Assembly: GCA_009838525.1 (NCBI GenBank)
Contig: VXRJ01000035.1
Span: forward strand, 7,462-71,461
Reading direction: 5' to 3'
From: Acidobacteriota bacterium
GTDB taxonomy: Bacteria > Acidobacteriota > Vicinamibacteria > Vicinamibacterales > UBA8438
Length of the DNA stretch: 64,000 nt
Position numbers and translations under genes: made by a program. The stretch's first letter is position 1; every line of letters begins with the position of its first letter. The notes beneath the pieces are model-generated. The model had not been told where the DNA came from. It searched no databases and saw nothing but the letters and a program-made list of their open reading frames with translations. Positions 1 to 8,085 of this stretch are shown here, one piece after another.

Positions 1-43
1 GGTCGGCCTCGCGACGCGCGACGACCCCGAAGGAGGTCCCAAG

Positions 44-1057
44 ATGAGTGCTCGATGCTTCCGTTTCGCCGCTATCGCGGTCGGAGCGTTCCTTGTTCCG
101 GTGTTGATGGCGGCGCCGGCCGTCGCGCAGTCTACGGCTTCCGACGCGGCCGGCGGATCGTGGGAAGCGCCGCGGCTGCCGTGGGGTGACCCGGACCTCC
201 AGTCGATCTGGACCTCCTCGGGTGAGACGCCGATGGAGCGCCCGGACCAGTACGAGGGGCGCGAAACGCTGTCCGACGAAGAGGTGGCCCAGATTCGCGG
301 CCGCATCGCCGCCCGCAACGAGGAGCTGCTGAACGCGGACGCGCAGCGGACCCAGGCAGGGGGCAACGTCGGCGCCTACAACAACTTCTGGATGGACCGG
401 GGCGCCCGGACGAACCGCACGTCGATGATCGTCGATCCGTCCGACGGCCGGTTCCCGCCGCTGACGCCGCGGGGACAGATTGCCGCCGTCAGCCAGCCGC
501 GCGGGGACAACGTGCCGGCGGATCGCCACATCTGGGAACGGTGCGTCACGCGGGGCGGGATGCCCAACGCGATGTTCCCGCGCTCCTACAACAACAACAT
601 GCAACTGTTCCAGACGCCGGATCATGTCGTGATGCTGCTCGAACAGGTGCACGAGGTGCGTGTCGTTCCGCTCGGCGACGGGGCGGCGGTTTCCAGCAAC
701 ATCGGTCAGTGGAACGGCCTCGCGCGCGGGCGCTGGGACGGTGACACGCTCGAAGTGGTCACCACGAATCTCGATCCACGCGTGAGCGGGCTGCAGCCCT
801 GGTCGGTTTTCAACTCGCACGACGGCTCGGGTGAGGGCATGACGCTGATCGAGCGCTTTACGCGAACCGGCCCCAACAGCCTCGAGTACGAGATCGAGGT
901 GCATGACCCGGAGATGTACACACGGCCGTGGACCGTTGCGTATCCTTTCGCGACGCTGGACGACGTGATGTACGAGTACGCCTGCCACGAGGGCAATATC
1001 GGTATGGAAGGCATCCTCGCCGGCGGTCGCGCGGAGGACGCCGAAGCCTCCCGGTAG
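44..1057 (+). CDS. Secreted protein of unknown function, CHEGN-motif family (paralog 1 of 3)
   Basis: SD-like GAAGGAGG upstream. Signal peptide ending AVAQ. Shares the WGxPDLQ-IW, DPxDGR, GRW[DE]GDTL and YACHEGN motifs with 15625-16692 and 28998-30137. Confidence 0.8.
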   Translation: MSARCFRFAAIAVGAFLVPVLMAAPAVAQSTASDAAGGSWEAPRLPWGDPDLQSIWTSSGETPMERPDQYEGRETLSDEEVAQIRGRIAARNEELLNADAQRTQAGGNVGAYNNFWMDRGARTNRTSMIVDPSDGRFPPLTPRGQIAAVSQPRGDNVPADRHIWERCVTRGGMPNAMFPRSYNNNMQLFQTPDHVVMLLEQVHEVRVVPLGDGAAVSSNIGQWNGLARGRWDGDTLEVVTTNLDPRVSGLQPWSVFNSHDGSGEGMTLIERFTRTGPNSLEYEIEVHDPEMYTRPWTVAYPFATLDDVMYEYACHEGNIGMEGILAGGRAEDAEASR

Positions 1058-1064
1058 CGGGCGC

Positions 1065-3035
1065 ATGGCGTCGTCGCCGGACGGCTCGTCCCGGCCCTTC
1101 GTCCCGTTCGTTCCCGAGAGCTCCGACCTGCCGGAGCTGACGTTCCGCGCCGTCCTGCTGGGAACGGCGATGGCGATCGTGCTCGGCACCGCTAACGCCT
1201 ACCTCGGCATGCGCGCCGGCCTGACGGTGGCGGCCACCTTCCCGGCCGCGGTCGTCGCCATGGCGGCGCTCCGGATCCTGGGCGGGTCGATTCTCGAGGA
1301 GAACATGGCGCGGACGACCGCGTCAGTCGGCGAGGCGCTGGTGGCCGGCGCCATCTTCACGATCCCCGCCTTCGTCATCAGCGGCGTCTGGGACGAGCTG
1401 CGCTACTGGGAGAGCACCGCCATCATGCTGGTGGGCGGCGTGCTGGGCGTGCTCTTCATCATCATCCTGCGCCGCACCCTCGTGGTCGAGGCGGAGCTGC
1501 CGTACCCCGAGTCGGTGGCCGCCGCAGAGCTGGTGAAGGCGGGGCAGGGCGGACGGCAGACCGGCGCCGCCTACGTCTTCAAGGCGATGGGGGTGGCGGG
1601 TGCGTGGGAGTTGGTCAAGAACAGCAATGGCGTGACGCTGGTGTCGGATTCCGCCACGGCGTTCGTTTCCCTCGGCCGCTCGACGATCGAAATGCTGGGG
1701 CAGCAGATCAGCTATGTGGGCGGGTTCCTGCTGCAGTCGCCGGCCGCGTCGCCGGCGCTCGTCGGCGTCGGCTTCATCGTCGGCCCGCGGATTGCCGCGA
1801 CACTGTTCGCGGGCGCCGTGATGAGCTGGCTCCTGCTGGTGCCGCTCGGTCTGTATCTCAATCCCGAGCTCGCCGCGCAGGCAACCGATCCCGCCGCGTT
1901 CGAAGCGCTCAGCACCGAGATCTGGCTCCGGCAGGTTCGGCCCCTCGCGGTCGGAACGATGATCGTTGCGGCGTTCTACACCCTCTTCAAGTTGCGGACG
2001 TCGCTGATCCAGGGGATCGGCCGGGCGTTCGGCGATATCGGCGCGACACACGGGGCGGGGAACGGACGGCAGGATACCGACATCAATTTCCGCAAGGTGG
2101 GAATTGGCATCGCGGCCCTCTCCGTTCCTCTCTTCGGCCTCTACTGGTACTTCAGCGAGAGCTTCGGCGGCGCGATCCTGCTGACGATCATGATGGTGAT
2201 CCTCGGCTTCCTCTTCGCCGCGGTCGCCGGCTACCTGGTGGGCCTGCTGGGCAGCTCCAACAACCCCATCAGCGGTCTGACGCTCAGCACCCTCCTGATC
2301 GCCGCCATCGTGATGGTCGGGATTGGCGTCACCGGGTCCAGCGGCATCCTCGGCGTGCTGGCGGTGGCGGGAGTGGTCTGTTGCGCGTGCGGCATCTCCG
2401 GGGACATGCTGCAGGACCTGAAGGTGGGGCACATCCTGGGCGGCACGCCCTGGAAGATGCAGGTGGGCGAGCTGATCGGCGTGACCGTCGCCGCCATGGT
2501 GCTGATCTGGCCGATGATCCTGATGGATCAGGTCTACGAGATTGGCAGCCCGGAGTTGCCGGCGCCGCAGGCGGGACTGATGGCGCTCATATCGCAGGGG
2601 ATCGTCGGCGGCGAGATGGCGTGGCCGCTGGTGCTTACCGGGATGGCGCTGGCCGGTGTCCTGATTCTCATCGAGGCGCCGTCGCCGATGCTCATCGCGG
2701 TCGGCATGTACCTGCCGTTCCCCTCCACGGCCGGGATCTTCGTGGGCGGTCTCGTAAGCTGGTGGCTGTCGCGGTCTCTGAGGGAGCGGCAGGCGACGGA
2801 CGCGGAGCGCACGCGCGCCACCAATACCGGCGTGCTGCTCTCGTCCGGGTTCATTGCCGGGGAAGCGCTGATGGCGGTCCTGCTGGCGTTCGTCGTCGGG
2901 GCGAGCGCGGCGCTGCCGTGGCTCGTTCTGCCACAGTTCGCGAACAGCGCGCTGGGTGGCGCGCTGGTCTTCATCCTGCTCTACTACATGCTGATCCGGA
3001 TGCCGCTGAACGCGATGCGCGGCGGCGGAAAGTGA
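1065..3035 (+). CDS. OPT-family oligopeptide transporter
   Basis: 656 aa polytopic membrane protein. N-terminus (LTFRAVLLGTAMAIVLGTANAYLGMRAGLTV) and overall length are typical of the bacterial OPT superfamily. Starts 8 nt after the preceding gene. Confidence 0.88.
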   Translation: MASSPDGSSRPFVPFVPESSDLPELTFRAVLLGTAMAIVLGTANAYLGMRAGLTVAATFPAAVVAMAALRILGGSILEENMARTTASVGEALVAGAIFTIPAFVISGVWDELRYWESTAIMLVGGVLGVLFIIILRRTLVVEAELPYPESVAAAELVKAGQGGRQTGAAYVFKAMGVAGAWELVKNSNGVTLVSDSATAFVSLGRSTIEMLGQQISYVGGFLLQSPAASPALVGVGFIVGPRIAATLFAGAVMSWLLLVPLGLYLNPELAAQATDPAAFEALSTEIWLRQVRPLAVGTMIVAAFYTLFKLRTSLIQGIGRAFGDIGATHGAGNGRQDTDINFRKVGIGIAALSVPLFGLYWYFSESFGGAILLTIMMVILGFLFAAVAGYLVGLLGSSNNPISGLTLSTLLIAAIVMVGIGVTGSSGILGVLAVAGVVCCACGISGDMLQDLKVGHILGGTPWKMQVGELIGVTVAAMVLIWPMILMDQVYEIGSPELPAPQAGLMALISQGIVGGEMAWPLVLTGMALAGVLILIEAPSPMLIAVGMYLPFPSTAGIFVGGLVSWWLSRSLRERQATDAERTRATNTGVLLSSGFIAGEALMAVLLAFVVGASAALPWLVLPQFANSALGGALVFILLYYMLIRMPLNAMRGGGK

Positions 3036-3457
3036 GCCCGATACCGCCACGCCCGGCCCAGGATCTCGAAACCCGCGCCGGGGCGCAAGCCTCCGGAGCC
3101 TCGCCCTCGGATGCCGCCGGGGCGGTGTCTGCGGATGCCATCGCCTTCTGGAGTTCCCGCCCGCGTCGCTGCCTCGGCTGGCGCGAGCTGGATGACGGGC
3201 GGTGCGTCGTTCTGCGTCCGCAGTTCGGCGAGGGGACCATCGGCCGCTGGTTGGCCTCGAAGCTGGGCGATCCCTGTTATCGCATACGCCTCGACGACGT
3301 CGGGACCTTCATCTGGAAGGCGTGCGACGGCGAGACGCCGCTGACGGAGATCGCGGGGCGCCTGCGCCGAGCGTTCGGCGAGCGCGTCGAGCCGGCCGAG
3401 GAACGGCTGGCGCGGTTCGTGCGTTCGATGCTGCGGTCGCGGATGATCGACGTGTAA
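3032..3457 (+). CDS. PqqD-family protein (RiPP-recognition-element-like peptide chaperone fold)
   Basis: The C-terminal ~90 aa (RLDDVGTFIWKACDGETPLTEIAGRLRRAFGERVEPAEERLARFVRSMLRSRMI) matches the PqqD pattern. GTG at 3032 overlaps the OPT stop as GTGA. An alternative GTG start lies at 3125. Confidence 0.62.
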   Translation: MSPIPPRPAQDLETRAGAQASGASPSDAAGAVSADAIAFWSSRPRRCLGWRELDDGRCVVLRPQFGEGTIGRWLASKLGDPCYRIRLDDVGTFIWKACDGETPLTEIAGRLRRAFGERVEPAEERLARFVRSMLRSRMIDV

Positions 3458-3494
3458 GGACCCGTTCCATGAAGGCGGGCGATTCGTGCGGCGA

Positions 3495-3884
3495 TCAGGC
3501 TGGCAGGTTGACCAACGGGATACCCATCGTACGGGTGGCGTCCGCCATCCGGCGGTCGTAGGTGGCGAGCTCGACGGTCTGTCCCTCCTGACGCAGATAG
3601 TCGGCTGACGCCAGATGCAGGGCGTCGAGGGTCCGGACGGACACGGGAAATGCGCCGAGCGCGCGAGAGAGAACGGGCGGCGACAGCTCCAACAGGGCGA
3701 TACGTCCGAGGAGCGCAGTGGCGGCATCGCCGTGGGATTCGGCGAACGCGCCGGCGTGCAGGACGGTCCAGATCTCGTATTGGAGGAGGCGACTGGCGGT
3801 CAGCGTGTTTTCCCAGAAGTCGGCCGGCGGCCGTCGATCCTCAAGGAAGAGGTGCGCCAACGCGACCGACGCGTCGATGTACAT
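3495..3884 (-). CDS. vapC: Type II toxin VapC (PIN-domain ribonuclease)
   Basis: 129 aa. Has the MYIDAS acidic N-terminal motif, LDALHLASA and TYDRRM PIN signatures. Its ATG overlaps the antitoxin stop by 1 nt. Confidence 0.8.
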   Translation of the reverse strand: MYIDASVALAHLFLEDRRPPADFWENTLTASRLLQYEIWTVLHAGAFAESHGDAATALLGRIALLELSPPVLSRALGAFPVSVRTLDALHLASADYLRQEGQTVELATYDRRMADATRTMGIPLVNLPA

Positions 3885-4177
3885 CACCGGTCGCTTCGAG
3901 CCTCGTCCAGCATCGCGAGGAGTTCTTCCATCTGCATGATCGGCTTCGGCGCCGGGGGCGGCCCCACGCCGGGCGCTGCCGGAGGCGTCAGAACGCCCTT
4001 GCGCACCATGTCCGCGAGCAGAGCGTCTGCGAGGATGGGGCTCCGTTCGGCACGTGGGGGCACGATCTCCGCGACGACGCGGTCGCGGTCCGTCACGAGC
4101 ACGGTCTCGCCCGAGGCCGCCAAGCGCACGTATTCGCTCAGCTTGTTGTTGAGCACCTTCAGCCCGACGGATCGCAT
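3884..4177 (-). CDS. vapB: Type II antitoxin (Phd/YefM-like, VapB partner)
   Basis: ~97 aa. N-terminus (VGLKVLNNKLSEYVRLAASGETVLVTDRDRVVAEIVP) is typical of prevent-host-death antitoxins. ATG at 4177 is preferred because a TACCTT box lies 8 nt upstream; GTG at 4183 is also possible. Confidence 0.7.
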   Translation of the reverse strand: MRSVGLKVLNNKLSEYVRLAASGETVLVTDRDRVVAEIVPPRAERSPILADALLADMVRKGVLTPPAAPGVGPPPAPKPIMQMEELLAMLDEARSDR

Positions 4178-4185
4178 ACGCACTA

Positions 4186-4191
4186 AAGGTA
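4186..4191 (-). promoter_or_regulatory. -10-like box TACCTT, 8 nt upstream of the vapB ATG (leaderless-type)
   Basis: Minus strand reads cactggaagc-TACCTT-tagtgcgt-ATG. The box is abutted by one arm of a 10-bp inverted repeat. Confidence 0.45.
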
Positions 4192-4269
4192 GCTTCCAGT
4201 GGCCACCTAGTCAAGGGCTTCTCGCTGCCTCGGAACGGCGCGCTTCGTTGCGGCGTGTACACTGGAAGC
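4192..4269. promoter_or_regulatory. Perfect 10-bp inverted repeat (GCTTCCAGTG ... CACTGGAAGC) in the vapB / nfeD divergent region
   Basis: Arms at 4192-4201 and 4260-4269, 58 nt apart. The left arm abuts the vapB -10. The right arm overlaps a plus-strand TACACT box (4258-4263) upstream of nfeD. Confidence 0.55.
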
Positions 4270-4336
4270 AGAGGGGAAACAACCGCCGAGGTGTTCCCGC
4301 AAGAAACCTGCCCGGCGCGACGCAGGGGGGCACGAC

Positions 4337-4786
4337 ATGTCCTGGTGGGGCTGGCTGATCGTCGGAATCGTCCTGATCGGCGGGGAGCTGATGACGGACG
4401 CCGCGTTCTATCTCGTCTTCGCGGGGGCCGCCGCGGTTGTCGTGGGGCTTCTCGGGCTTGCCGGGTTGGCTCTTCCGGTCTGGGCGCAGTGGGTCGCATT
4501 CTCCGTGCTGGCCATCGGCCTGATGGTGCTGTTTCGCCGGAAGCTCTACGACCGGCTGAGAGGGGGCCTGCCCGAGTTGCAGCATCCGGCGGTGGGCGCC
4601 GTGGTGGTCGTGACCGAGGAGGTAGCTCCCGGCGGGCGCACGCGGGTCCGCCTCCAGGGAACCGACTGGAACGCCGTTAACAGCGGGGCCACGTCCATCG
4701 CGGCGGGCGCCGACGCCCGGGTAGTCGAGGCCGATGGCGTCGAGCTTCGGATCGCCGCGCATACGCCGGAAAACAGGGAACGCTAG
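4337..4786 (+). CDS. NfeD-family membrane protein
   Basis: 149 aa. N-terminal TM helices plus a C-terminal OB-like segment. Immediately upstream of an SPFH gene, the canonical NfeD-SPFH pairing. Confidence 0.8.
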   Translation: MSWWGWLIVGIVLIGGELMTDAAFYLVFAGAAAVVVGLLGLAGLALPVWAQWVAFSVLAIGLMVLFRRKLYDRLRGGLPELQHPAVGAVVVVTEEVAPGGRTRVRLQGTDWNAVNSGATSIAAGADARVVEADGVELRIAAHTPENRER

Positions 4787-4815
4787 CTGCTGGACCGACA
4801 GGAGGGGAGTCACTT

Positions 4816-5751
4816 ATGGAAGCGGGTTTGATTGTCGCCCTGGTGCTCGCCGGCGCCGCCATCGTCGTCATCGTGAAGACGGCGGTGGTCGTGCCGCAAC
4901 AGAATGCCTACATCGTCGAGAACCTCGGGAAGTACTCGCGGACCCTGGAATCGGGATTCGCCATCCTGATTCCCTTCGTCGAGCGGGTCGCTTATCGGCA
5001 CAGCCTGAAGGAGCGCGCGGTCGATGTCGAGGAGCAGATCTGCATCACCGCGGACAACGTGCAGGTTGGTGTCGACGGCGTTCTCTACCTGCAGGTCATG
5101 GACGCGCGCAAGGCGTCCTACGGCATCGGCAACTACCTGTTCGCCATCTCGCAGCTCGCCCAGACCACCCTGCGTAGCGAGATTGGCAAGATCGAGCTGG
5201 ACAGGACCTTCGAGGAGCGCAGCCACATCAACCTGCGGGTCGTCGAGGAGCTCGACGAGGCGTCCAATCCGTGGGGCGTGAAGGTGCTGCGCTACGAGAT
5301 CAAGAACATCAACCCGCCGCACGACGTGCTGAGCGCGATGGAGAAGCAGATGCGCGCCGAGCGGGAGAAGCGCGCGACCATCCTCCAGTCGGAGGGTGAG
5401 CGTGACGCCAAGGTCAACCAGGCCGAGGGCGAGAAGCAGCGCGTGATCAAGGAGTCCGAGGCGGCCAAGCAGCAGCAGATCAACGAGGCGGAGGGTGAGG
5501 CGGCCGCCATCCTGGCTGTCGCGGAGGCAACGGCGGAAGGGTTGAAGAAGGTGGCCGAAGCGCTCAACGCGGAGGGCGGCGACAAGGCGATGCAGCTCCG
5601 CGTGGCCGAGAACTACCTGGAACAGTTCGGCAACCTCGCGCAGGAAGGCAATACCCTGATCGTGCCGTCCAATCTGAGTGACGTGGCTTCCATGATCGGC
5701 GCCGCCACGTCCGTCGTGAAGGAGGTATCGGATGCGAGCGGCAAGGGGTAG
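4816..5751 (+). CDS. SPFH/band-7 (stomatin/paraslipin-like) protein
   Basis: 311 aa. N-terminal TM helix, SPFH core (VPQQNAYIVENLGKY...) and a coiled-coil EAEGE-rich tail. SD GGAGGGGA upstream. Confidence 0.9.
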   Translation: MEAGLIVALVLAGAAIVVIVKTAVVVPQQNAYIVENLGKYSRTLESGFAILIPFVERVAYRHSLKERAVDVEEQICITADNVQVGVDGVLYLQVMDARKASYGIGNYLFAISQLAQTTLRSEIGKIELDRTFEERSHINLRVVEELDEASNPWGVKVLRYEIKNINPPHDVLSAMEKQMRAEREKRATILQSEGERDAKVNQAEGEKQRVIKESEAAKQQQINEAEGEAAAILAVAEATAEGLKKVAEALNAEGGDKAMQLRVAENYLEQFGNLAQEGNTLIVPSNLSDVASMIGAATSVVKEVSDASGKG

Positions 5752-5799
5752 TGCCGAGAGTGGAGTATATCGACCCCAGGCTGTACACCCCATGAACCG

Positions 5800-6690
5800 A
5801 TGATGCCGTCCAGAACCGTCCTCTCGCCCGCGCTGAGAGCGGTGACGGTGCGCCGGCGCGGAGAACACCAGGTCGAAGACCTGGTCGTCGTCGAGGAACC
5901 CCTGGAAATCCGGCTCGACGGCAAACCGCTTGTCGTTACCATGCGCACGCCGGGTGACGACGAGGAGCTCGCTGCCGGATTCCTCCACGCCGAGGGTCTG
6001 ATAGCGGACGCGGCCGGAATCGCGTCACTCCGCGCGGTGGCCGGCGACGGCTCGTCCGGCCTCGGCGGCCAGGCGCATATCCGGGTGACGCGGTTTGCCG
6101 GCGACCGCGTCGAGATCGTCCGAGCCGAGTCCCGGGTCGAACCGGCGCTCACCGCCATGGACCGGGAACGCGAGTTCCGGGCGACGGCCGCATGCGGAGT
6201 CTGCGGCAAGTCATCCATCGACGAGCTGAACCAGGAGGTGGCGCGGGTCAAGCCGGTCGAGGCGATGCCAGCCCTGATCGACCGGCTCGAAGCACTCCCA
6301 AGCCGTCTCCGCGCCGCGCAGTCGCTCTTCGACGCCACCGGCGGCATCCACGCCGCGGGGATCTTCAGCATGGACGGAGAGCTGAGTTGTGTCCGCGAGG
6401 ACATCGGCCGGCACAACGCGGTCGACAAGGTGATCGGCCACTACGTGCTACGCAACGAGATGCCGCTCGACGACCGCATTCTGGTGGTGAGCGGCCGCGC
6501 CGGCTTCGAGCTGGTCCAGAAAGCCCTCGCCGCGAGGATCCCCCTGATGGTTGCGGTCGGCGCCGCCTCCAGCGTGGCCGTGGATATGGCCTCCGCGGCC
6601 GGGATGACGCTCTACTCCTTCGCCGGCCGGGGGCGCGGCAACCTGCACCTGCCGCCCGAGGACCAAGACCGCCAGGAGCCTACGCCGTAG
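5800..6690 (+). CDS. fdhD: Formate dehydrogenase accessory sulfurtransferase FdhD
   Basis: Carries the CGVCGKSSIDEL, GGIHAAG and EDIGRHNAVDKVIG motifs. Confidence 0.9.
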   Translation: MMPSRTVLSPALRAVTVRRRGEHQVEDLVVVEEPLEIRLDGKPLVVTMRTPGDDEELAAGFLHAEGLIADAAGIASLRAVAGDGSSGLGGQAHIRVTRFAGDRVEIVRAESRVEPALTAMDREREFRATAACGVCGKSSIDELNQEVARVKPVEAMPALIDRLEALPSRLRAAQSLFDATGGIHAAGIFSMDGELSCVREDIGRHNAVDKVIGHYVLRNEMPLDDRILVVSGRAGFELVQKALAARIPLMVAVGAASSVAVDMASAAGMTLYSFAGRGRGNLHLPPEDQDRQEPTP

Positions 6691-6745
6691 GAGTTTCGCG
6701 CCAGCGAAACTTCCGACGCGCCCGCAAGGGCGCGCTAGCGCGCCC
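6685..6745. repeat. Intergenic repeat R1, copy a (hairpins plus CTAG-centred palindrome)
   Basis: CCGTAGGAG-TTTCGCGCCAGCGAAACTTCCGACGCGCCCGCAAGGGCGCGCTAGCGCGCCC. Contains the stops of both convergent genes (TAG 6688-6690, CTA 6735-6737). Hairpins are GTTTCG/CGAAAC and GCGCCC-GCAA-GGGCGC, plus an 18-nt palindrome GGGCGCGCTAGCGCGCCC. Confidence 0.8.
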
Positions 6746-8036
6746 CGTGTTCCGCGGTCAGCCGTCGCATCAGTTCGATGGTGTGAGTCGGAGCCTCGAA
6801 CTCCGCTTCCTCCAACGGGGTCCGCCCGTACTGATCCCGGGCGGTGAAGTCGGCGCCATTGGCGGCCAGGTACTCGACGATGTCGTCGTCACCGACCCGA
6901 ATGGCGGTGTGGAACGCGCTGGGCCGACCCCGAGGATAGGCGTTGACGTCGAGACCGAGCTCCACCGCGAACCGCACCGCGTCCAGCTCGCGACTGCGGG
7001 TGGCCAGCAGCACGGCGCCAGCGCCCTCGTAGGTCTCCACCGCCGGCTCGGCGCCCAGGTCCAGCAACGCACGCATCATATCGACGTTGCCCGACTGCGC
7101 GGCGGCGAGGAATGGCGTGAGTCCTCCGGTCGGACGCCACGCGGCGCCGCCCGCCCCGCCGGTGCGCACGTGGACGTCCGCGCCCCGGCCGACGAGATCC
7201 CGCGCCAGATCGACGTTGCCCCGCGCAACGACCGCGTGCAGCACCGTCGCCCCGTCGGCGTCGCGGACGGTGAGGTCGGCGCCCCGGTCGAGCAGGAGGC
7301 GGGTTATCTCATCGTGGCCGGCCGCCGCGGCGATCAGCAGCGCGGTCTGGCCGTCGCCACCGGTTACGTGGGGATCCGCGCCAGCGTCGATCAGAGAGCG
7401 CGCGCTGTCGACATCGCCCGAGGCGGCTGCGAAGAGGATCGGCCGGTAGCCGTTTGTGGAGACGGCGCCGACATCGGCGCCATGCGCGATCAGCAGCCTT
7501 GCGATGGCCGTGCGTCCACCGGCGACCGCCCACATCAACGGCGTCTGGCCCATCCGCGACTCGGCGATGGAGACGTCGGCGCCCCGATCGAGGAGCAATC
7601 TCACCAACGCTTCGGCCCCGGAATCGACAGCCAGGAGCAGTGGCGTGTCGCCACTCCAGCGTGTCACTTCGATGGCGGCGCCGGCATCGAGCAGCATGCG
7701 CGCGATCGCCAGATTGCCGTTCGCACAAGCCAGGAGCAACGGCGTTTCACCGTTCTCGTCGGTGACGTTCGGGTCGGCCCCGGCTTCCAGCAGCGCCGCC
7801 GCAATTGCCTCGCTGTCGCGCACGGCGGCCCAGGCGAGCGGCGTCGACCCATCTTCGCGAGCCCTATTCACGTCGGTTCCGGCGGCGATCAGCGCCGCCA
7901 CTCTATCGCCGTCGAGACGCTGAACCGCCTCGATCAGCGTCCGCTCCGGCGGCGGCGAGGGCTGGGTCGTCTGCGCGACGACCGAAACCGTCGCGCCGAG
8001 CGCCAGAGTCACGCAGAGCGGGTATGCCTTGCGCAT
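6735..8036 (-). CDS. Exported ankyrin-repeat protein (~11 repeats)
   Basis: Signal peptide MRKAYPLCVTLALGATVSVVAQ followed by tandem G-TPL--A---G----LL--GAD repeats. Start at 8036 is supported by TACATT 6 nt upstream. Confidence 0.85.
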   Translation of the reverse strand: MRKAYPLCVTLALGATVSVVAQTTQPSPPPERTLIEAVQRLDGDRVAALIAAGTDVNRAREDGSTPLAWAAVRDSEAIAAALLEAGADPNVTDENGETPLLLACANGNLAIARMLLDAGAAIEVTRWSGDTPLLLAVDSGAEALVRLLLDRGADVSIAESRMGQTPLMWAVAGGRTAIARLLIAHGADVGAVSTNGYRPILFAAASGDVDSARSLIDAGADPHVTGGDGQTALLIAAAAGHDEITRLLLDRGADLTVRDADGATVLHAVVARGNVDLARDLVGRGADVHVRTGGAGGAAWRPTGGLTPFLAAAQSGNVDMMRALLDLGAEPAVETYEGAGAVLLATRSRELDAVRFAVELGLDVNAYPRGRPSAFHTAIRVGDDDIVEYLAANGADFTARDQYGRTPLEEAEFEAPTHTIELMRRLTAEHGAR

Positions 8037-8042
8037 CAGCCC

Positions 8043-8048
8043 AATGTA
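8043..8048 (-). promoter_or_regulatory. -10-like box TACATT, 6 nt upstream of the ankyrin ATG
   Basis: Minus strand reads TACATT-gggctg-ATG. Confidence 0.5.
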
Positions 8049-8070
8049 CACCCCGACTCGGGCCAGGTGC

Positions 8071-8076
8071 TACACT
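8071..8076 (+). promoter_or_regulatory. Extended -10-like box TGcTACACT, 9 nt upstream of GTG 8086
   Basis: ggTGcTACACT-gcggattcc-GTG. Confidence 0.5.
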
Positions 8077-8085
8077 GCGGATTCC

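Noticed and set aside
1604-3031. Upstream extensions of ORFs whose real genes are much shorter: 1604-3457, 3495-4499, 24404-26308, 45164-47581, 48454-51336, 51809-53206, 60487-62637, 30203-31801 and 37220-38260.
   Set aside because: The extended parts overlap well-supported neighbouring genes and are low-complexity. In each case an internal start restores a signal peptide, domain boundary, SD, -10 box or start/stop coupling.
1323-3050. Long antisense or alternative-frame ORFs across the window, for example 1323-3050(-), 6192-8867(+), 7903-10218(-), 11340-12434(-), 16536-18035(-), 18081-19826(-), 21261-23411(-), 22295-24298(+), 24611-26758(-), 25165-27102(+), 38302-40599(+), 49384-51198(-), 53122-54216(-), 55108-56463(-) and 57664-59685(-).
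   Set aside because: Their products are Arg/Pro/Gly/Ala-rich low-complexity sequences with no recognisable motifs. They lie opposite or out of frame to genes with clear family signatures. Such stop-free shadow frames are expected in high-GC DNA.
6685-6745. R1 elements as integron attC sites.
   Set aside because: There is no RYYYAAC / GTTRRRY core pair, no extrahelical-base architecture and no intI. The copies lie between convergent housekeeping genes rather than in a cassette array.
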